From Eledone cirrhosa (Eukaryota): a stretch of DNA of 64,000 nt. Shown in pieces: positions 38,470 through 53,389 of this stretch. Within the stretch, counting starts at the first letter, position 1. Each line of letters begins with the position of its first letter. The stretch covers positions 67,518,001 through 67,582,000 of the forward strand of contig OZ024741.1 of NCBI GenBank assembly GCA_964016885.1, in the 5' to 3' direction. A program made the position numbers and the translations under genes. The notes beneath the pieces were generated by a model, which saw only the letters and a list, made by a program, of their open reading frames with translations, was not told the origin of the DNA and ran no database searches.

Positions 38470-40550
38470 AGTTGCTTTATAATTTGTTGCGGGAAGTTTA
38501 TGGGCCATTATCCTCTCCGGTTGCACCTTTTCATGCACAGGACGGCAAGGTATTGCTTAGGGATACAAACGACACTCTTGTTATGTGGAATGAACACTTC
38601 GAAAGACTTTTGAATAGGCCTTCTGAAATTGATGACGAGTTTTTCGCCACCATTCCCTTCAGACCCACCAAAGATGTAATGGCAGAAACTCCTTCCAGAG
38701 AAAGGCCAAACTGCTGTGATAAAACTGAATAATGGTAAGTCAAGTCACCTGGAATGGATGCTCTGTGTGCTGAAATCTTCAAATGTGGAAGTGAAAATCT
38801 ACTTCATCGTCTATCTACCTTAATCCAAAAGGCTTGAGATGAGGAGAGTTTCCCGCACGATCGGAAAGATGCACTGATGGTGGTTCTCTCTGGAACAATG
38901 GTAGAAAGTACGACTGTAGCAATTATCGTGGGATATCCATTCTGTTTGTTATAGGTAAAGTCTTTTGTAAGATCAAACTGTACAGACTCCTAAACCACAG
39001 CACTGATGAAATCCTTCCTGAATCTCAATGTGGTTTCCAAAATGGTAGAAGACAAGAGATATAATATTTACGGTGAGAAAATTGTAGGTGAAATACATTG
39101 AGAAAATGATAGACCTGTATCAGGTATTTGTCGATATGATAAAGGCTTTTTATATAACTAATAGAATTGCCACGAGGAAGATTCTGAAGAAACTCGGGTG
39201 TCCTGATAAATTTTTCTCTGTGCTGAGAACTTTCTATGATGGAATGAATTGTGGTCGAAAATTATGTTAAGCAAAGGAACATTCCAGCGCCGACTTTTTT
39301 TGCGTTGTATTTTTCTGTGGTTTTATTGATTGCCTTTGAAGCTTACTCACATCATTTTGCTTTTAGATCTCAAACAACAGTTAAAATGTTCAATGTCAGG
39401 AGGTTTGCTGCCAGAACAAAGATATTTACATCACTAATAGACGAATTCCTGTATGGACATCATTTTTTAAAGCATTCAGTGCATTGGGCCTATCAATCAG
39501 TCTGAAACAGACTGTGCCAAGCATATATGAGATTGAAAGTCATGTATTGAAAGTTTGTGCATCTAAGTACTAAATATGACCAGTACTCTAGACGATGAAA
39601 TTTCCCTCCGAATCAAGAACGCAAGTGATGCATTTGGAAAACCGAATGGATATATTTGGTCACAGAATGTTATGTCCATTGAGATAAAGTTGAACGTGTC
39701 TAATACTTGTGTTCTGTCTGCTTTGCTGTGTGCATATCAGACTTGGATCACTTACCGGAGGCATATTAAAGAGTTGGAGCACTCCTTGTAACAGTATCTT
39801 CGACATAGTCGAGCAATCCACTGAAAATTGTACGTGAGTGACACTGAAGTCCTCGAACGCAATCGGTTTAACACTTCAGTCTCATATGTCAATATCGATT
39901 AAGATTGAGTGGTCATGGAGTGAGAATGGATGATGATCGCATCCCTAAGCAGTTTCTGTATAGTGAGCTAGTCGAGGTAAACGACCAACGCAGAAACCGA
40001 AATTGAGATACAGGGATTGAATTAAAAGCACACTGGGGAAGATGAACAAATTGGAGAATGGCTGGAGAACTTCGCTCTAGATCGTCTTTCTTGGGGGGAG
40101 GCAGTGCATGATGGGAGAAAAGAATTTGAAAGAAACCATGTTGAGCATAAAAAGCTTAAGCGGTGTGCGTATAAGGTCCTTGAAGTCAGTTTGTCGGAGA
40201 ATCTTGGCATTGTAAAAAATGTAGTTGGTTATCTCTAAGTAAGACGGGCCTTAGAAGCCCTCAAACAAGTCACATGTACAAATACCCTGTCAACTATGCA
40301 TTGTACGGCATTTCTGTTTGCACAGGGTGGAAAATAATCTGCCTCAGTTAGTTGACTGAAACGTCATATGAAAGTGCACCGAAGCAGTACCGTAACACCT
40401 GCTGCGAGAGGGTTCCAGCGTTGCCGCGTCTATGCCAAAGTCTCTGTGTCCTTACCGGGACTCAAAGGCCACGTCCATGCTGCCCATGGTTAAAAAGAGT
40501 GTGGCGATAGCATTGCTCGAAATCGAGTTGCAGCCATCATGTATGTACGT
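38470..40550 (+). mobile_element. 5'-truncated decayed RTE/BovB-like LINE with C-terminal C2H2-like fingers
   Basis: REVYGP..DGKVLL..WNEHFERLLNRPS, KSPGMD..AEIFK, NYRGIS, LPESQCGF, FVDMIKAF, LDDEISLRIKNASDAFG, GHGVRMDDDRIPKQFLYSEL; (ATGT)n tail. Confidence 0.88.
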
Positions 40551-41699
40551 ATGTAAAAATGTATGAATGTGTTTATGCTTGCATGTGTATTGCTATTTGT
40601 AGGAGATTGTGTAGTGCTACATCTAGATAGAAATGCTTTATTAGTCCCGATGTAATTCCAACACATTTAAACTGAAACAGAATGAAAGATTGATATCCTT
40701 TTTAATAACTACATACATACACAAAAGCACATTCTAACATCACAAGCACCTATCTACACACACACATGCACGCACACAAACACACATACATACACACATA
40801 CACACATACACAAACACACACACACATACACATTGTAGCACATGCACACATAACAAAAGATGCACACACAACAAAATACGCACATGCAAAGACACACCCA
40901 TACACACGTAAACACTCACTCCTACACACACGCATATTCCGGTACCACTTTTACTCAATCACTAACTTTATTTACCAAACAACCGTCTACACATATTTCG
41001 TGTCTCCGTCCACAAACCATGTCAACATAAACAGCTGCCTGTATTTAATCAAAGAGATGGAAGGCTGACAATTACCCTGTAACTAACAGTGTAGCTGAGT
41101 AGACAGGCACGATTTTGGTTTCCTGCAGTTGCCGAAGTGTTCCGATGTGCATTGCTAGACAAGTTTAACTCTCTCTTCAGTGAGCACGATCAATGAGCGT
41201 GATAGCGTTGAACATTTGAAATTGTAAACTCTTAATCGAGTATCAATCAAACCTAACTCCAATATCAATTTAGCACGTAGATGCTTGTATTTGTTGTTTA
41301 GATTCTATCTTATGTTTGCCTCTCTCAATCTTTATGTATACATAGACAATTGTTTGAGTGGCCGAATCTTTGGTTCAATAGTTATGTGCTTTGATTTGCC
41401 TCTCTGTTTGTGTGTGTGTATTTGTATGCGTGTGTGTGTACGTGTGTGCGTGACTTGGTGATGGTTATTCAATTAGGTGCCTTTCTTTGGCGTTTGAAAT
41501 CAAAACGAAACTACACAAATAATGCACTTATGTGGAGTGTTCAAATTATGAAAAGCCAAGCATCGAAGAGACTAGGCTTTCCAATTTCCTATATAAATAA
41601 TTGACCATTCTTTTTAAGTAAATATTGTTCGCTGAGGAAATCAAATAAACTTGAAATATGTATGCTTATTTCACCAAATTGGCATAAAAGAAAGGACTA

Positions 41700-42000
41700 T
41701 TCCCATTGTTCCAAATAAGCAGTGTCAAAAGGGCAACGCACAATCGTTACATTCCATGTGGAGACTCCGGAACTAAAGGCACAACATCCCCAACATCAAC
41801 TGGAGCATAATAAACAGAGTACACATATAACGCACCGGGGACAACTGATGTCGACTCAGTCTCCGCGAGATGTTTTACATACTGCAGCAACCCGCAATAT
41901 TCATCAATGGTTTCTTGCCACCGGAAAAAACGCCTTGTTAACCAGTTTCAAACATCTGGCCCCGAAGATCCGACAGATACCATCTTAGTTCCACCCAGTA
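41700..42000 (-). mobile_element. Possible 5' remnant of a LINE (AP-endonuclease start)
   Basis: Minus strand reads STWNVTIV near 41760, resembling the TWNVRT start of APE domains; otherwise decayed. Confidence 0.25.
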
Positions 42001-42586
42001 AACCTGTAGGTGTGTGTGGTAGACAGTCTCACAACCGACATGCACGAATCAACTCGCACACCATCACAATAGCAACATCAAACTTATGAAAGAATCAATA
42101 CACACATGAATTAACATTCAGCTCAGTAGCGACACCAGATCTACAAAACTGAGGTGCCACTAAAAGATGCACCGCGTACTACTGGATTTCATTAAAGTTA
42201 ATGGCACCACCGATATGCAAAATTTGACTCTGTGACTCATTCATCTACTGACCTTGACTTCACAACGTGACCTAAACTAACACAAGGAGGCCCTAAATAA
42301 CATGACCTAAAATCTCATCTCCAATGATCGCATAGGTCTGCCACGGTATTAAACTACTGGTTTTGTGAAGTTAAGCCAAATAGTTATTATAAACACTATA
42401 TACACACACACACACACCCACACACACACACACACCCACACCCACACCCACACCCACACACACACACACATACACACACACACACACATTTATATATATA
42501 TATCATCATCATCATCGTTTAACGTCCATCTTCCACGCTAACATGGTTTAGACGGTCTTGTTCCATGTCTCGCTCGTACGGAAGTT

Positions 42587-42621
<35 letters not shown>

Positions 42622-43769
42622 GTGTGTGTACCATTTCTGTGAGATGGTTTAAGTAATGGGTAGAACTAGTTATTCCAATAAGCAGAACGTGATGCAATAA
42701 ACAAAAGCACTCAACGTTATAGGAATCATCCATCATAGATGTGGTATCTGCTGATTGGTGCAGGAACGGAATTAAATATTCTTGTGACCCACCAGTTGCA
42801 GACTGCATCAACATGTGGTATCTCTCTCCACAAAGTTTGATCACCGGCAGCACAGTTCAAAGAGAAAAGACCAAGTCTAGTCCAATTAAATATATAGAAG
42901 ATTATCACCTCCTGATTTATCTATTCTCTCTCTACCTTTTGAAGAGGAACGAAGCCCAAAATCTTATATATTGAGTCTCTTTAAACATCCCCTGAGTGTT
43001 AAACTAATACCCACAAGAAAAGCTGCTGAAAGCAATAGACGAAACTTCAATAAGTTTGCTGTCCCATATCTCTTTTTTTAATGGGGAACACCGTGTAATC
43101 CTTGCTACGAAGAACTTAGATATGATAGTAAACATATGACTAATGATAGTAAACAGCCGGTTTAAACACCCCAATGAGTATCTGGTTATCGTTTATTCAA
43201 CCATATCAACTATCTTCGTGTTCCTTCTTGTTGGACCATATATATACTCGGCTACCGATCTTATCGCGATTTTGAATGGGCAGCAATAACGGAGCATGTA
43301 AAACTTTGGCAATGGAGAATCTTTGCATGCATTTACATCAGTTACATCGCCTTCTATTTCCTAACCACTTCGATTGCTAAGACACGATAGAAAAATTGAA
43401 CTCAGCTCATGACCGAACATTAGTGGTACGTCCTTAAACGGGACATACAAGAGGCAGCAGCTAAAAGATTATGGTTTACCAGGTGTAGAAAGAATATTGG
43501 ATCTCGGGTCATATATCTTGTCAACCATATCCTCCGAAATGGCGTCACTAATTATCCGCTTCTCGCGAAAGCCATGCCGAATTCTAAAATCAGCCAGAAA
43601 ATGCTGACCATTCACAAATGAAATGGTGTTTGTTTTCTAAGGTAAGAATATAATTTGTGTTTCAAAAGCAATACGTAATTGCTGTTATGTCATTTATTAC
43701 CGGAAAGGGATTGGTTTGAATATGTGCTGTGTAAGTTGTGATATTTGATTGACAACTACAGAGCACGTA

Positions 43770-44092
43770 AGTGTTTCAGACGTTGATTCCATAATGTTCG
43801 ATGCTGATTAATATATGCCGACCTCCCACGCATATCTGTCCTTGTACGTAAAAGGTGAGCAAGATTTTCTGGCCACTGCCATCGTGCCACCTCTGAAGCT
43901 ATGTCTCCACTAGTGTTCTGGAAACCACAAGTAATCACTAATAACTGGGGACGCAAGCTCTTCTATCCGGATATCATCTTCAGAGATTATGATATTGAAA
44001 TCCAGGACTTGGCAAAGGCAATGAACGACAAACCCACGTGGAGATCAATTATTGAGACGTTTTCAGCTGAGGCCGCCGGATGATGATGATGT
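43770..44092 (+). mobile_element. 3' end of an RTE-like LINE with (GAT)n tail
   Basis: DLPRIS..RFSGHCHRA..SPLVFWKP..GRKLFYPDII..AMNDKPTWR, then gatgatgatgat. Confidence 0.7.
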
Positions 44093-44129
44093 ATGTGTAT
44101 GTTTTTATGTTATATTGCTGAGTGGCAAT

Positions 44130-44570
44130 TCTGTAGAATATGTGCTGGGTTGTATAGTTTGTGATTCCGTAGAACATGTGCTGGGTTGTATAGTGGTGGT
44201 TTTGTTGAAATTTCTTTGTGGGTCTGTTTATAGCATAGAGTTAGACATTAACATGTATTTGTGGTGTTCTAACTATATAGAATATATGCTGGGTTATATA
44301 TCTTTGTAGTGGTTCCTTCGAATATCACCATATATGAGTTGTGCTATATTATTAATTGGGGAATAGAGTTACGGCCCTTTACGATCTGAGTTCAAATCCC
44401 GCCGAGGTTAACTTTGCCTTTCATCCTTACGGGGTAGATAAAAAATAAAGTACCAGTGACGCACTGAGGCCGATTTAATCGACTTTCCCCTCCCCCAAAA
44501 TGGATGGCCTTGTGCCAATATAAGAAACCATTATTAATTGGGGAATACGTAGAACGTCTGCTGGGTTATA
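44130..44570. repeat. Degenerate ~35-40 bp repeat (gtagaa.atgtgctgggttgtatag)
   Basis: Units at ~44133, 44169, 44278 and 44549. Confidence 0.55.
44366..44530 (+). mobile_element. 5'-truncated SINE with 17-bp TSD
   Basis: TSD ttattaattggggaata at ~44349 and ~44531; SINE core between. Confidence 0.85.
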
Positions 44571-45211
44571 TTCATTGAATATGTTTTGCGAACCATGCTA
44601 TTTTATTTGATGGAGATTTTCGAGAAATATTCTGTGTGCACACGGCACTGTCTGAGTTGTACTTTTGAATATACATAACTTGTGCGGATGTAGCATATGC
44701 CTAACAGAGCTATCTTCTGGACTATATGTAACACTATGATACCTGATGCGGTTTACAAGCTTGTTGATATATATTTTAACATCTAGTATTAATGGCATAG
44801 TTTACATTTTCATGGCCCACACCTTACTTATATCAATTTCAAGATCAGAATTTTATTTTCTCGTAATCCTTCAGGTCACTGACTTTGGTCATTAGAGATC
44901 GAAATATCTTTCGGAAACAGATATTTCTCCCTAGATTTTGAGAATTATAATTGAACAGTTTGCCTTGACATCACTATTTATTGATTCTCTCTCGTTCCAA
45001 ATACTTCATAAATCATGTTTGGTACTTGGTTATGTAGACGGGTGGGCTCCAATTGTCCCATTTCTCTAACTGCATAGTTTACACTTGATATTAGCATCAT
45101 TCTTTTACCATTATATCGCATATCGTATTTGAAACAATTTATGGCTAAGTGTCGGTTCTGTGCAGCTTACATAATCATTAAATATCACTCTCAGTAATCT
45201 GCCTACCTTAC

Positions 45212-45612
<401 letters not shown>

Positions 45613-47199
45613 TATGTATACATGCGTAACATTTCTAAATGAACGCTTCAGCAGGATAAATTGGACACGGTATAGATATGTATTATGGGCGATAAAATTT
45701 ATACAAATGGTTATTTGCAAAATAACTGAAAGAATATGATTGAAAAAGAAGAAAAAAGAGAACGTAGTGTGATAAATAAGCAGGTCTTACATTTTGAACA
45801 GAGAAAGAGAAATTATAATACTATTAGATATGAAAATATATACTGGAGTGAATTCAATGATGCGTGTATATTTAAATGTGGGCAGGTGAACGAAAGACTG
45901 TCGAAATAAAACCAAAAAAATCTTTATATGTATATATAAAAATAGTTATTATTAAAGTTAGATGCAATTTAAAAGCTGTTAAAGTTTTATGCAATATGTG
46001 ATTGAAAAAAGATCACTTACCTTTGCGGAGTAAAATGTTAGAAATAAGTGGGAAGTAGATGCGAGAAAAATGAGAATATATACATTCATATAACATATAG
46101 AATATAAATGGTTTAATTCTAACAAATTCATTGAAAACTTCAGTATAATAAATATGTGATTAACTGAAATGATATGTATTACTGTTGTTTAGCTACAGGT
46201 CATCCTTGTTCAAGCAGATATATTGTCAGAGATGTTCTTTCCGCAATTGAAATATCAACTTTCACACATAGGGTATATTATCAATGGTATTTTCCTTCAA
46301 TAAAAAGGGCTGAATTTGGTGATGTAGTGTTATTGTAGATAGTTTGTAATTCCTAACGTATAGTGGGCCGATAGTGAAGCAATAGTCCCTTTCATTTTAT
46401 GAAATACTAGCAGTGGTACCCGGCGTTGCACGGGATAAGATATTTTGGAACGCGGGCCGCCAACAGACCTAATCGTGGAAAAACTGCATGCCTGGACAAT
46501 ATGTAAAGAAAATAAACCGAATACTCTGATGGCTGGATAATCTTTAAGACTTCTGACATTTTCAATCAATATCGACTTTAACGCAGCCATTCAATAATTG
46601 CACTAAATAATTATTTCAGAGACCAAGGTCTCCTGGAAATTTTCATAAACATTAATCTGAGTGTCATTTAGATAAGTCTAAGGAGATTGTTCATCCTGCA
46701 AGATGTGAAAGGGTTTACTCTCCATATTATCAAATAATTTCGAGAAAAAATTACGGAGATCAGATGTTAATTCATTCTCGTAGTGGTGCAAGTTTAAGCC
46801 ATCTACGTCCAACATTTGACGAATTGGATATATTTCTCTCAAACAATTTATGTACGAAAATAACCACACTGGTTGGGTTGCAATTTCTCAGTTTGTATCA
46901 ACGCGGAGTTCTGGACAGAATGAGTATTCAATTGATCGAAAAAACGGAGCAGTTTCTTCAGGTTAACACAGGATCCTGTTATGACTTAGTATATCAAAAT
47001 CAACACCAAAAATCAATTCACAACTCAAATGAGAGTCCTTCTAGAGAAATACCTCCTTATACACAAAACACCACAACACACACTCTTACATTATTTATAA
47101 CTGATAATATCGACTTTCGTTAAATCGGACCAAGGAAACAATGTTTTTGTCGGTCTTTCCAGTTGCTAGTACTATCTATCGGTCCAACTCCAGGTAGAA

Positions 47200-47320
47200 G
47201 GAGAAACGTGAAATAAAGTGTCTTGCTCAAGGACATAACGCATCGCCCGGTCCAGGAATCGAACTCACAACCTCCAGATTGTGAATCCAATTCTCTAGCC
47301 ACTCAGCCACACGCCTTCAC
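47200..47320 (-). mobile_element. tRNA-derived SINE head (second SINE family)
   Basis: Minus strand: A box tggctgagtgg, B box gttcgattcc, then gtccttgagcaagacactttatttcacg. Confidence 0.8.
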
Positions 47321-47759
47321 ACTGATAATATAACACAAGAAAAGCTCACTCAAATCATATTCCACACAATAACTTTTAGGCATTTCAACGTATAACACTA
47401 CCTAATAAATACAAAACTAAATCGCCAGTAAAAACAGAACACAAATCATGAATTAAATACGCGCCAAATAGATGAAGCACTAAATACCACCAGAGATGTC
47501 TAACTAACTCTCAAAAGAAAGCAAAGCAAATGTGGGGTACAAACATCCTCAGCTAACAATAATGCCCCCACATTGGGTTCTCAGAGATGGAATCTCCTGA
47601 TGAAATAGAAACTTCTATGACATTTTGGAAAAATATAATGGTTTTATAATATACACAAAAATCTGGGTGAATAGTTTAAACAAAAGAAGAGACTTCCACA
47701 GAAACGTCATCGGTGTCTCCCCTTATGGCATAAGGATTTTGTCATACATTATTAATAAA

Positions 47760-47861
47760 TCCCACCGAGGTTGACTTTGCCTTTCATCCTTACGGGGTCG
47801 ATAAAATAAAGTACCAGTAATGCACTGGGTAATTGCTGGCCTTATGCCTAAAGTAGAAACA
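47760..47861 (+). mobile_element. 5'-truncated SINE with TSD attattaataaa
   Basis: SINE core; TSD at ~47748 and ~47862. Confidence 0.82.
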
Positions 47862-48075
47862 ATTATTAATAAAAACAGTAGAATCAATTTAACCAGGTAG
47901 ACAACCACTGGTTTCTCTGAGTTTGTATTTTACCTATATGTGTGTCGGTGCAACAAGGCCGAATATGCCGGCTTCGCAAAGAAGCATACACATATTAAAA
48001 TACAGACACACACACACGCGTAAACATGCACATGCACACTCACACACAAACACATACATACATACATATATATAC

Positions 48076-48272
48076 ATAACGAAGGAGGTGTGGTAAAGAA
48101 CCAGATGAACCATAACGCACCACAGTACTCAATACTTAGGGCAGTAGAGTGGGTAATAGGAAAATGTTTGACCCCGACGGCAGAGCTCAAGCCGTTTCGA
48201 CGGCTATTTTTGGACCAGTCCAGAAATAGCTGTCGAAACGGCTTGAGCTCTGCTGTCGGGATCAAACATTTT

Positions 48273-48276
<4 letters not shown>
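48076..48276 (-). mobile_element. Mini fold-back element (copy 4)
   Basis: Hairpin 48157-48276 plus tail 48076-48156; homologous to 30722-30930. Confidence 0.8.
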
Positions 48277-48339
<63 letters not shown>

Positions 48340-48343
<4 letters not shown>

Positions 48344-50745
48344 ACAGGGAGAAAAAGACGATTATTAGGAAGAAAAATATATTTTTTTCCCTTTTTATTT
48401 TTTCTCTCTTTTTTTCTGGGTTAGAAAATGATTAAAACGAAATATTTTACTTTGTGTGAAGTGTTAAGGTATTAGTTGATTTATTTATTAATTAACAATG
48501 GCATTTATTTATATATTTAATAATTGTCTATTACCGGTTTCAGCATTTTTATGCATTATCAAATGATAATAATATGTATTGGTGTAGGACATGTTAAAGA
48601 AATGGTTCAGAAAGAATAATGTTATTTACAAACAAGGTTTATGAAATGAAAAGAAAAAAGAAAAAAAGGAGCGAGATGTGGATCATAATAAGGAAATATG
48701 AAAGAAAAAATAATGTTATTTACAAGCATAGTTCTTGAAGATAAGCAGATCAAAATGTGTTAATATAGCAAGAGTGCTTAGTTGATCCATGAGGGAGGCA
48801 AATGGTGGACTGGGGTTTGATATGATTTCCCTTTTTAGAGAGTTATTATGCAGAGGGAGGTAATTCATGCTGGATGATATTAAATTTATTTAAGAAAAAG
48901 GATTAGGTAGGGTGTGAGGGAGGTAATTCTTTAGAGAGACATAGGGATTTGTAAATGTTTAATTATTCGTTCCAGTTTTAGTTTAGTCCGAAGTTTAGTG
49001 CATTAAGTACAGGTTAGAATTTGTTAATGAAATACGTTTCCTTATTGGTACGATGGATGAAAGTAGCGTTGTCTATGAATTTGTAAATGGGGAAAATTTT
49101 AAAGTTGGGATGTTGATTAGGTGCACAATTGGTGTTATGTTCACTAAACGCAATCTTTCTGTATTCCTGTATTTTGATTTGTAATTTATGGACGGTCATA
49201 CGTTGTCGGAGGCTGTTTTTTGTCTTCCTATGTAGTGCTCTTGACAACCTGAGCAGGTCAAAACATAGATTAGGTTTTTAGATGCACATGTAAAGTTGTA
49301 TTTAATTGTGAAATGTTGTCCTTGTTTAAAATGGAATGTTGAACCTTCTATTAGATTTATGCATATGCCACAGTTGGGCCTTCCACATTTTGTTACTGTA
49401 GGGATCATTCTGAGGGTTTGTTGGATTTTGGCTTGTGTGAGGATGTTTTTTTATGGATTTAGGTTGTCTTTTGCTCTTTATGATGTGTGTTTGGAGGATT
49501 TTGTTCATTCTTGCGTCTCTTTTTAGTAAAGGAATTTTCTGGAGGATGGTGTCGAATGCCACATTGTTGAGGGGGTTGTGTGTGGAGATTTATAGTAGAG
49601 TTTTTTGTTGCGGTTCATTCCTGGGTTTGGGGTGTCTGAGTTCCTGGATGTCGAGTTTTAGGGCATGTTGGAATCCATTGTTGATTAGGGATGGAGGGTA
49701 GTTTCTGCTGATAAGTGTGTTTTTTAATTCTTCTAGTCGTGTGTAACATGTGTATTTATCTGAAACTATTGTGCAGATGCTTCTGGCTAGATTATAAGGA
49801 ATTGCCATTTTGTTGTGCTACGGTGGCACGAGTTGAATGGAAGGTATTGTTTGGAGTCTGCGAGTTTGTAGTATATGTCTGTTTCTATTTTGTTGTTTGT
49901 TTTCTTGTCGAGAAAAGGGGGTTGTTCATGGCTGTAAACCATTGTGAATTGCAAGTTTGTGTTGATTCCATTCAGAAGGGTTTTAAACTCAATCAGTCTA
50001 TCTATACTTCCATGCCAGAGGATGAAGCAGTCGTCCAGATATCTCTTCCAGTTATTTTCTATGTGTCGGTAGAAGTGGTTGCCGTATTTGTCTAGAACTT
50101 TGCGGTAGAGAGTGGTTTCCAAATATCCCATGACAAGGTTGGCGTATGAGGGGCCTACTTTCGTGCCCATGGCAGTCCCAGATTTCTGTCTGTAATATTT
50201 GGCATTGAATTCGAAGAAATTGCTTTCCAAGATCAATTTGAGTCCCTCCAACTCAAATTCTTTAGGGATGCGCTGTGGGAGTTCACTAGGGAAATGTTCC
50301 AGCCATAATTGTATTTCCTCTATACCTAGATTGTGTGGGATATTGGAATATAAATTGATGACATCAAAGGTTACTAGTAGGGTATGTTCATTATTGAGTG
50401 TTGTTGGGAGGTGGTTGAGCACATCAAGGTCGTCCCTTATGAAGCTTTTTATGTGTTTTAGGAAAGGTTTAAGCTGAATATCTAGGAAGTTGCTTAGGCG
50501 GTGGGTTTCACATGTGGTGCCTGCTATTATGGGTCTTAATTTAAGGTCATCAGGAGGGGCTATATTGATGTAAATATCTGTGACTTGCTTGCAGGCACTA
50601 CCTATTACTTCTCTTTTGTGTGTCTTTTGGATACCGTAGAACAGGCGGGTTCTGTTTTGAAATTGGTGATGGAGTTGTATTCCTTGTCTGTAAGGCCTTC
50701 TTTGTAAAGGGTTGTTAGGGATTTTAGGTTTCTCATTATTTTATA
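48340..50745 (-). mobile_element. 5'-truncated Neptune/Naiad-like PLE (element G), diverged sister of A/H
   Basis: ORF pieces 49787..50422 (GTAMG, RYLDDCF), 49590..49808, 49196..49408 (CGRPNCGIC, LIYVLTCSGCQEHYIG) and 49014..49247. Confidence 0.9.
48528..48566 (-). ncRNA. Minimal hammerhead motif, U3:A8 variant (element G)
   Basis: cat TTGATAA tgcat-aaaa-atgct GAAA ccgg TA atag; weak stem I. Confidence 0.5.
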
Positions 50746-51115
50746 AGCATAAGATATTTAATTTGTTGGTTATTCAACAAATTTATTTATAACGTATTCA
50801 AAGTACTCGACAGAATTCTTCAATTATATTAATAAATGGAAACTATCTTTATAAAACCATATTTATTTTATTATATATCTTTCAAGGGTACCACAATTTT
50901 GGCACGCCCTCATCAGATAAAATACAAAAGTTGTTTTATAAATATTGACATATCCATAAAACGATAAGTTCTTGTTTTTTGGATATGACAATATTTATAA
51001 AACAACTTGTGTATTTTATCTGATGAGGGCGTGCCAAAATTGTGGTACCCTTGAAAGATATATAATAAAATAAATATGGTTTTATAAAGATAGTTTCCAT
51101 TTTTAATATCATTGA
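50745..51115. mobile_element. Short fold-back of a B-related pLTR with canonical hammerheads on both arms (50864-50924 minus, 51012-51072 plus)
   Basis: tattttat CTGATGA gggcgtgcc..ggtaccctt GAAA gatata TA ataaaata; centre ~50968; tail 50745-50820. Confidence 0.82.
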
Positions 51116-51200
51116 TATATATGTGTGTGTGCGTGTGTGTGTGTGTAACTACATATACACACACACATACACATACACACACATATACACACACATACAC

Positions 51201-51235
<35 letters not shown>

Positions 51236-51807
51236 AACACACACATATATATATATATACACCTAAGTTTACGTTTGAAACCATTGATAATGCAGAAATA
51301 TATCGAACTGTTAGTATAAATACTTTCAAACATCTCCATTAAGCGCTGATTATCTCTTTTTTTTCGTTCTTTCGTTCGTGTACGTTTATACACACACACA
51401 CTCGCTCTCACACAGCACACACACACACACACTCACACATACATATATATATATATATGTGTGTGTGTGTATATGAGCCTGCGTGTATATGCGATTATTC
51501 TTGTCTGTGAGTGTGTGTGCGCGCATGTAAGTTTAAGTGAATGTATAACTTGTACTAGTACACATGACTCATCGATATTGACGCTAGAATTTGCGCTAGA
51601 TGGAATTTATCATTTCTCCAATTCCAATAGATTTCTTGTACATCAAGAATGAAACAGCTGTCGTTGCTTGAGATAAGCAGGAACACCTGTTCTCGGTCCT
51701 TTTCTCTTCTTTTTACCGAATTAGCGATACGTAATGCAGCTTCAATAACTGAACTGATATCATAACAAATAAAGACATGATTCTCTCTCTCTCTTCTTTT
51801 AACTTTG

Positions 51808-51878
<71 letters not shown>

Positions 51879-51918
51879 TACATAGATACATACACATATA
51901 TATTTATATGTATATATT

Positions 51919-51953
<35 letters not shown>

Positions 51954-51992
51954 AAATAGGGAGAAAATAAAGCGATTATTAGGAAGTAAATT

Positions 51993-52088
<96 letters not shown>

Positions 52089-52186
52089 GTGCATATATAT
52101 ATATGTATATATATAGATATATATGTATATATTTATTTATATTTATATATGTATATATTTATGTATATATATATATATATGTGTAG

Positions 52187-52237
<51 letters not shown>

Positions 52238-52657
52238 AAAGAATAGAGGTGTAACACACAAGTTATTATATATTGGTAAACGGAATAGAAAATGCTGACA
52301 AATTGTTCACAGTTGAAAAATGGTTTAATTAGGAATAAAAGAGTATTAGTGATTGTATGGGTTAGTATTCAGTTGTGGTTTTAAGTTTTTAAGTTTTTAC
52401 CGGTTGCGCATTTCTAAATGCTTTTCAAAAATAATTTTGAGATAGAGTGTCCGTGCTGTTTGCTCTGATCTGATTAGTTTTGGGAATTCTACCTGTTTTT
52501 ATGTTAAAAAAATGGCTCCAGCGTTATTTTTGTGTTGCAAAAATGCTTGTGGTCAAAACAATTTTGATTGGTCGGTAGAGGTCATGTGGATAAAAAATTG
52601 GTTTTGCGCCAAGATTGAGAAATGACTCTTTCACAACAAATATGTGTGTGTGTGGGT

Positions 52658-52761
<104 letters not shown>

Positions 52762-52833
52762 TAGTAGTAGTAGTAAGGTGTTCGATGCTGCGACAATAGC
52801 CACCAGCGATGTGTGTCAAATGGCTATTAAGAT

Positions 52834-52873
<40 letters not shown>

Positions 52874-53389
52874 ACATACACACAGCAGAGTCATTCGAAG
52901 GTCAAAAGATATTTTTCAGCTTTTGTCTTATACGGAGAAGTGCGTGTGTGTGTGTGTGTATAAGTCTCTTTGTATGTTGATGTACGCGTGTGTATGTGTT
53001 TGTGTATATATGTGTGTGTGTGTGTGTGTGCGTGTGTGGGTGGACCAGTATTTTTTTCCCCCCTGGTAAAATGGTGTACATTATTCGATTTTTTCAGTAA
53101 AATCGGTTCTCTTAATAGAACATCAACAATCTTAACAATAAAAGGTGTGAAATGATATTCACTATATATATATACACACACACACACACATATATATTTT
53201 CACTACATATATATATATATATATACATATATACATACATATATATGCACATATATTTTTTTGTATTGCACCATAGAGCATGTGTGTTTACGTGTGTCAT
53301 TGTGTTTATATGTGGGTAGAGATGTGTGCTGATGTAGGTATGTATGTTGACGTGTGTATGTTGTGGGTTCGTCTTAGGGAGAAGTGTTT

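Noticed and set aside
46405-47120. actagcagtggtacccggcgttgcacggg (Helitron-like end) and nearby short ORFs as a Helitron or host exon
   Set aside because: No matching other terminus, no Rep/helicase motif and no convincing splice-bounded frame.
47255-47315. tRNA gene
   Set aside because: A and B boxes are present but there is no acceptor stem or clean cloverleaf; it continues into SINE body sequence.
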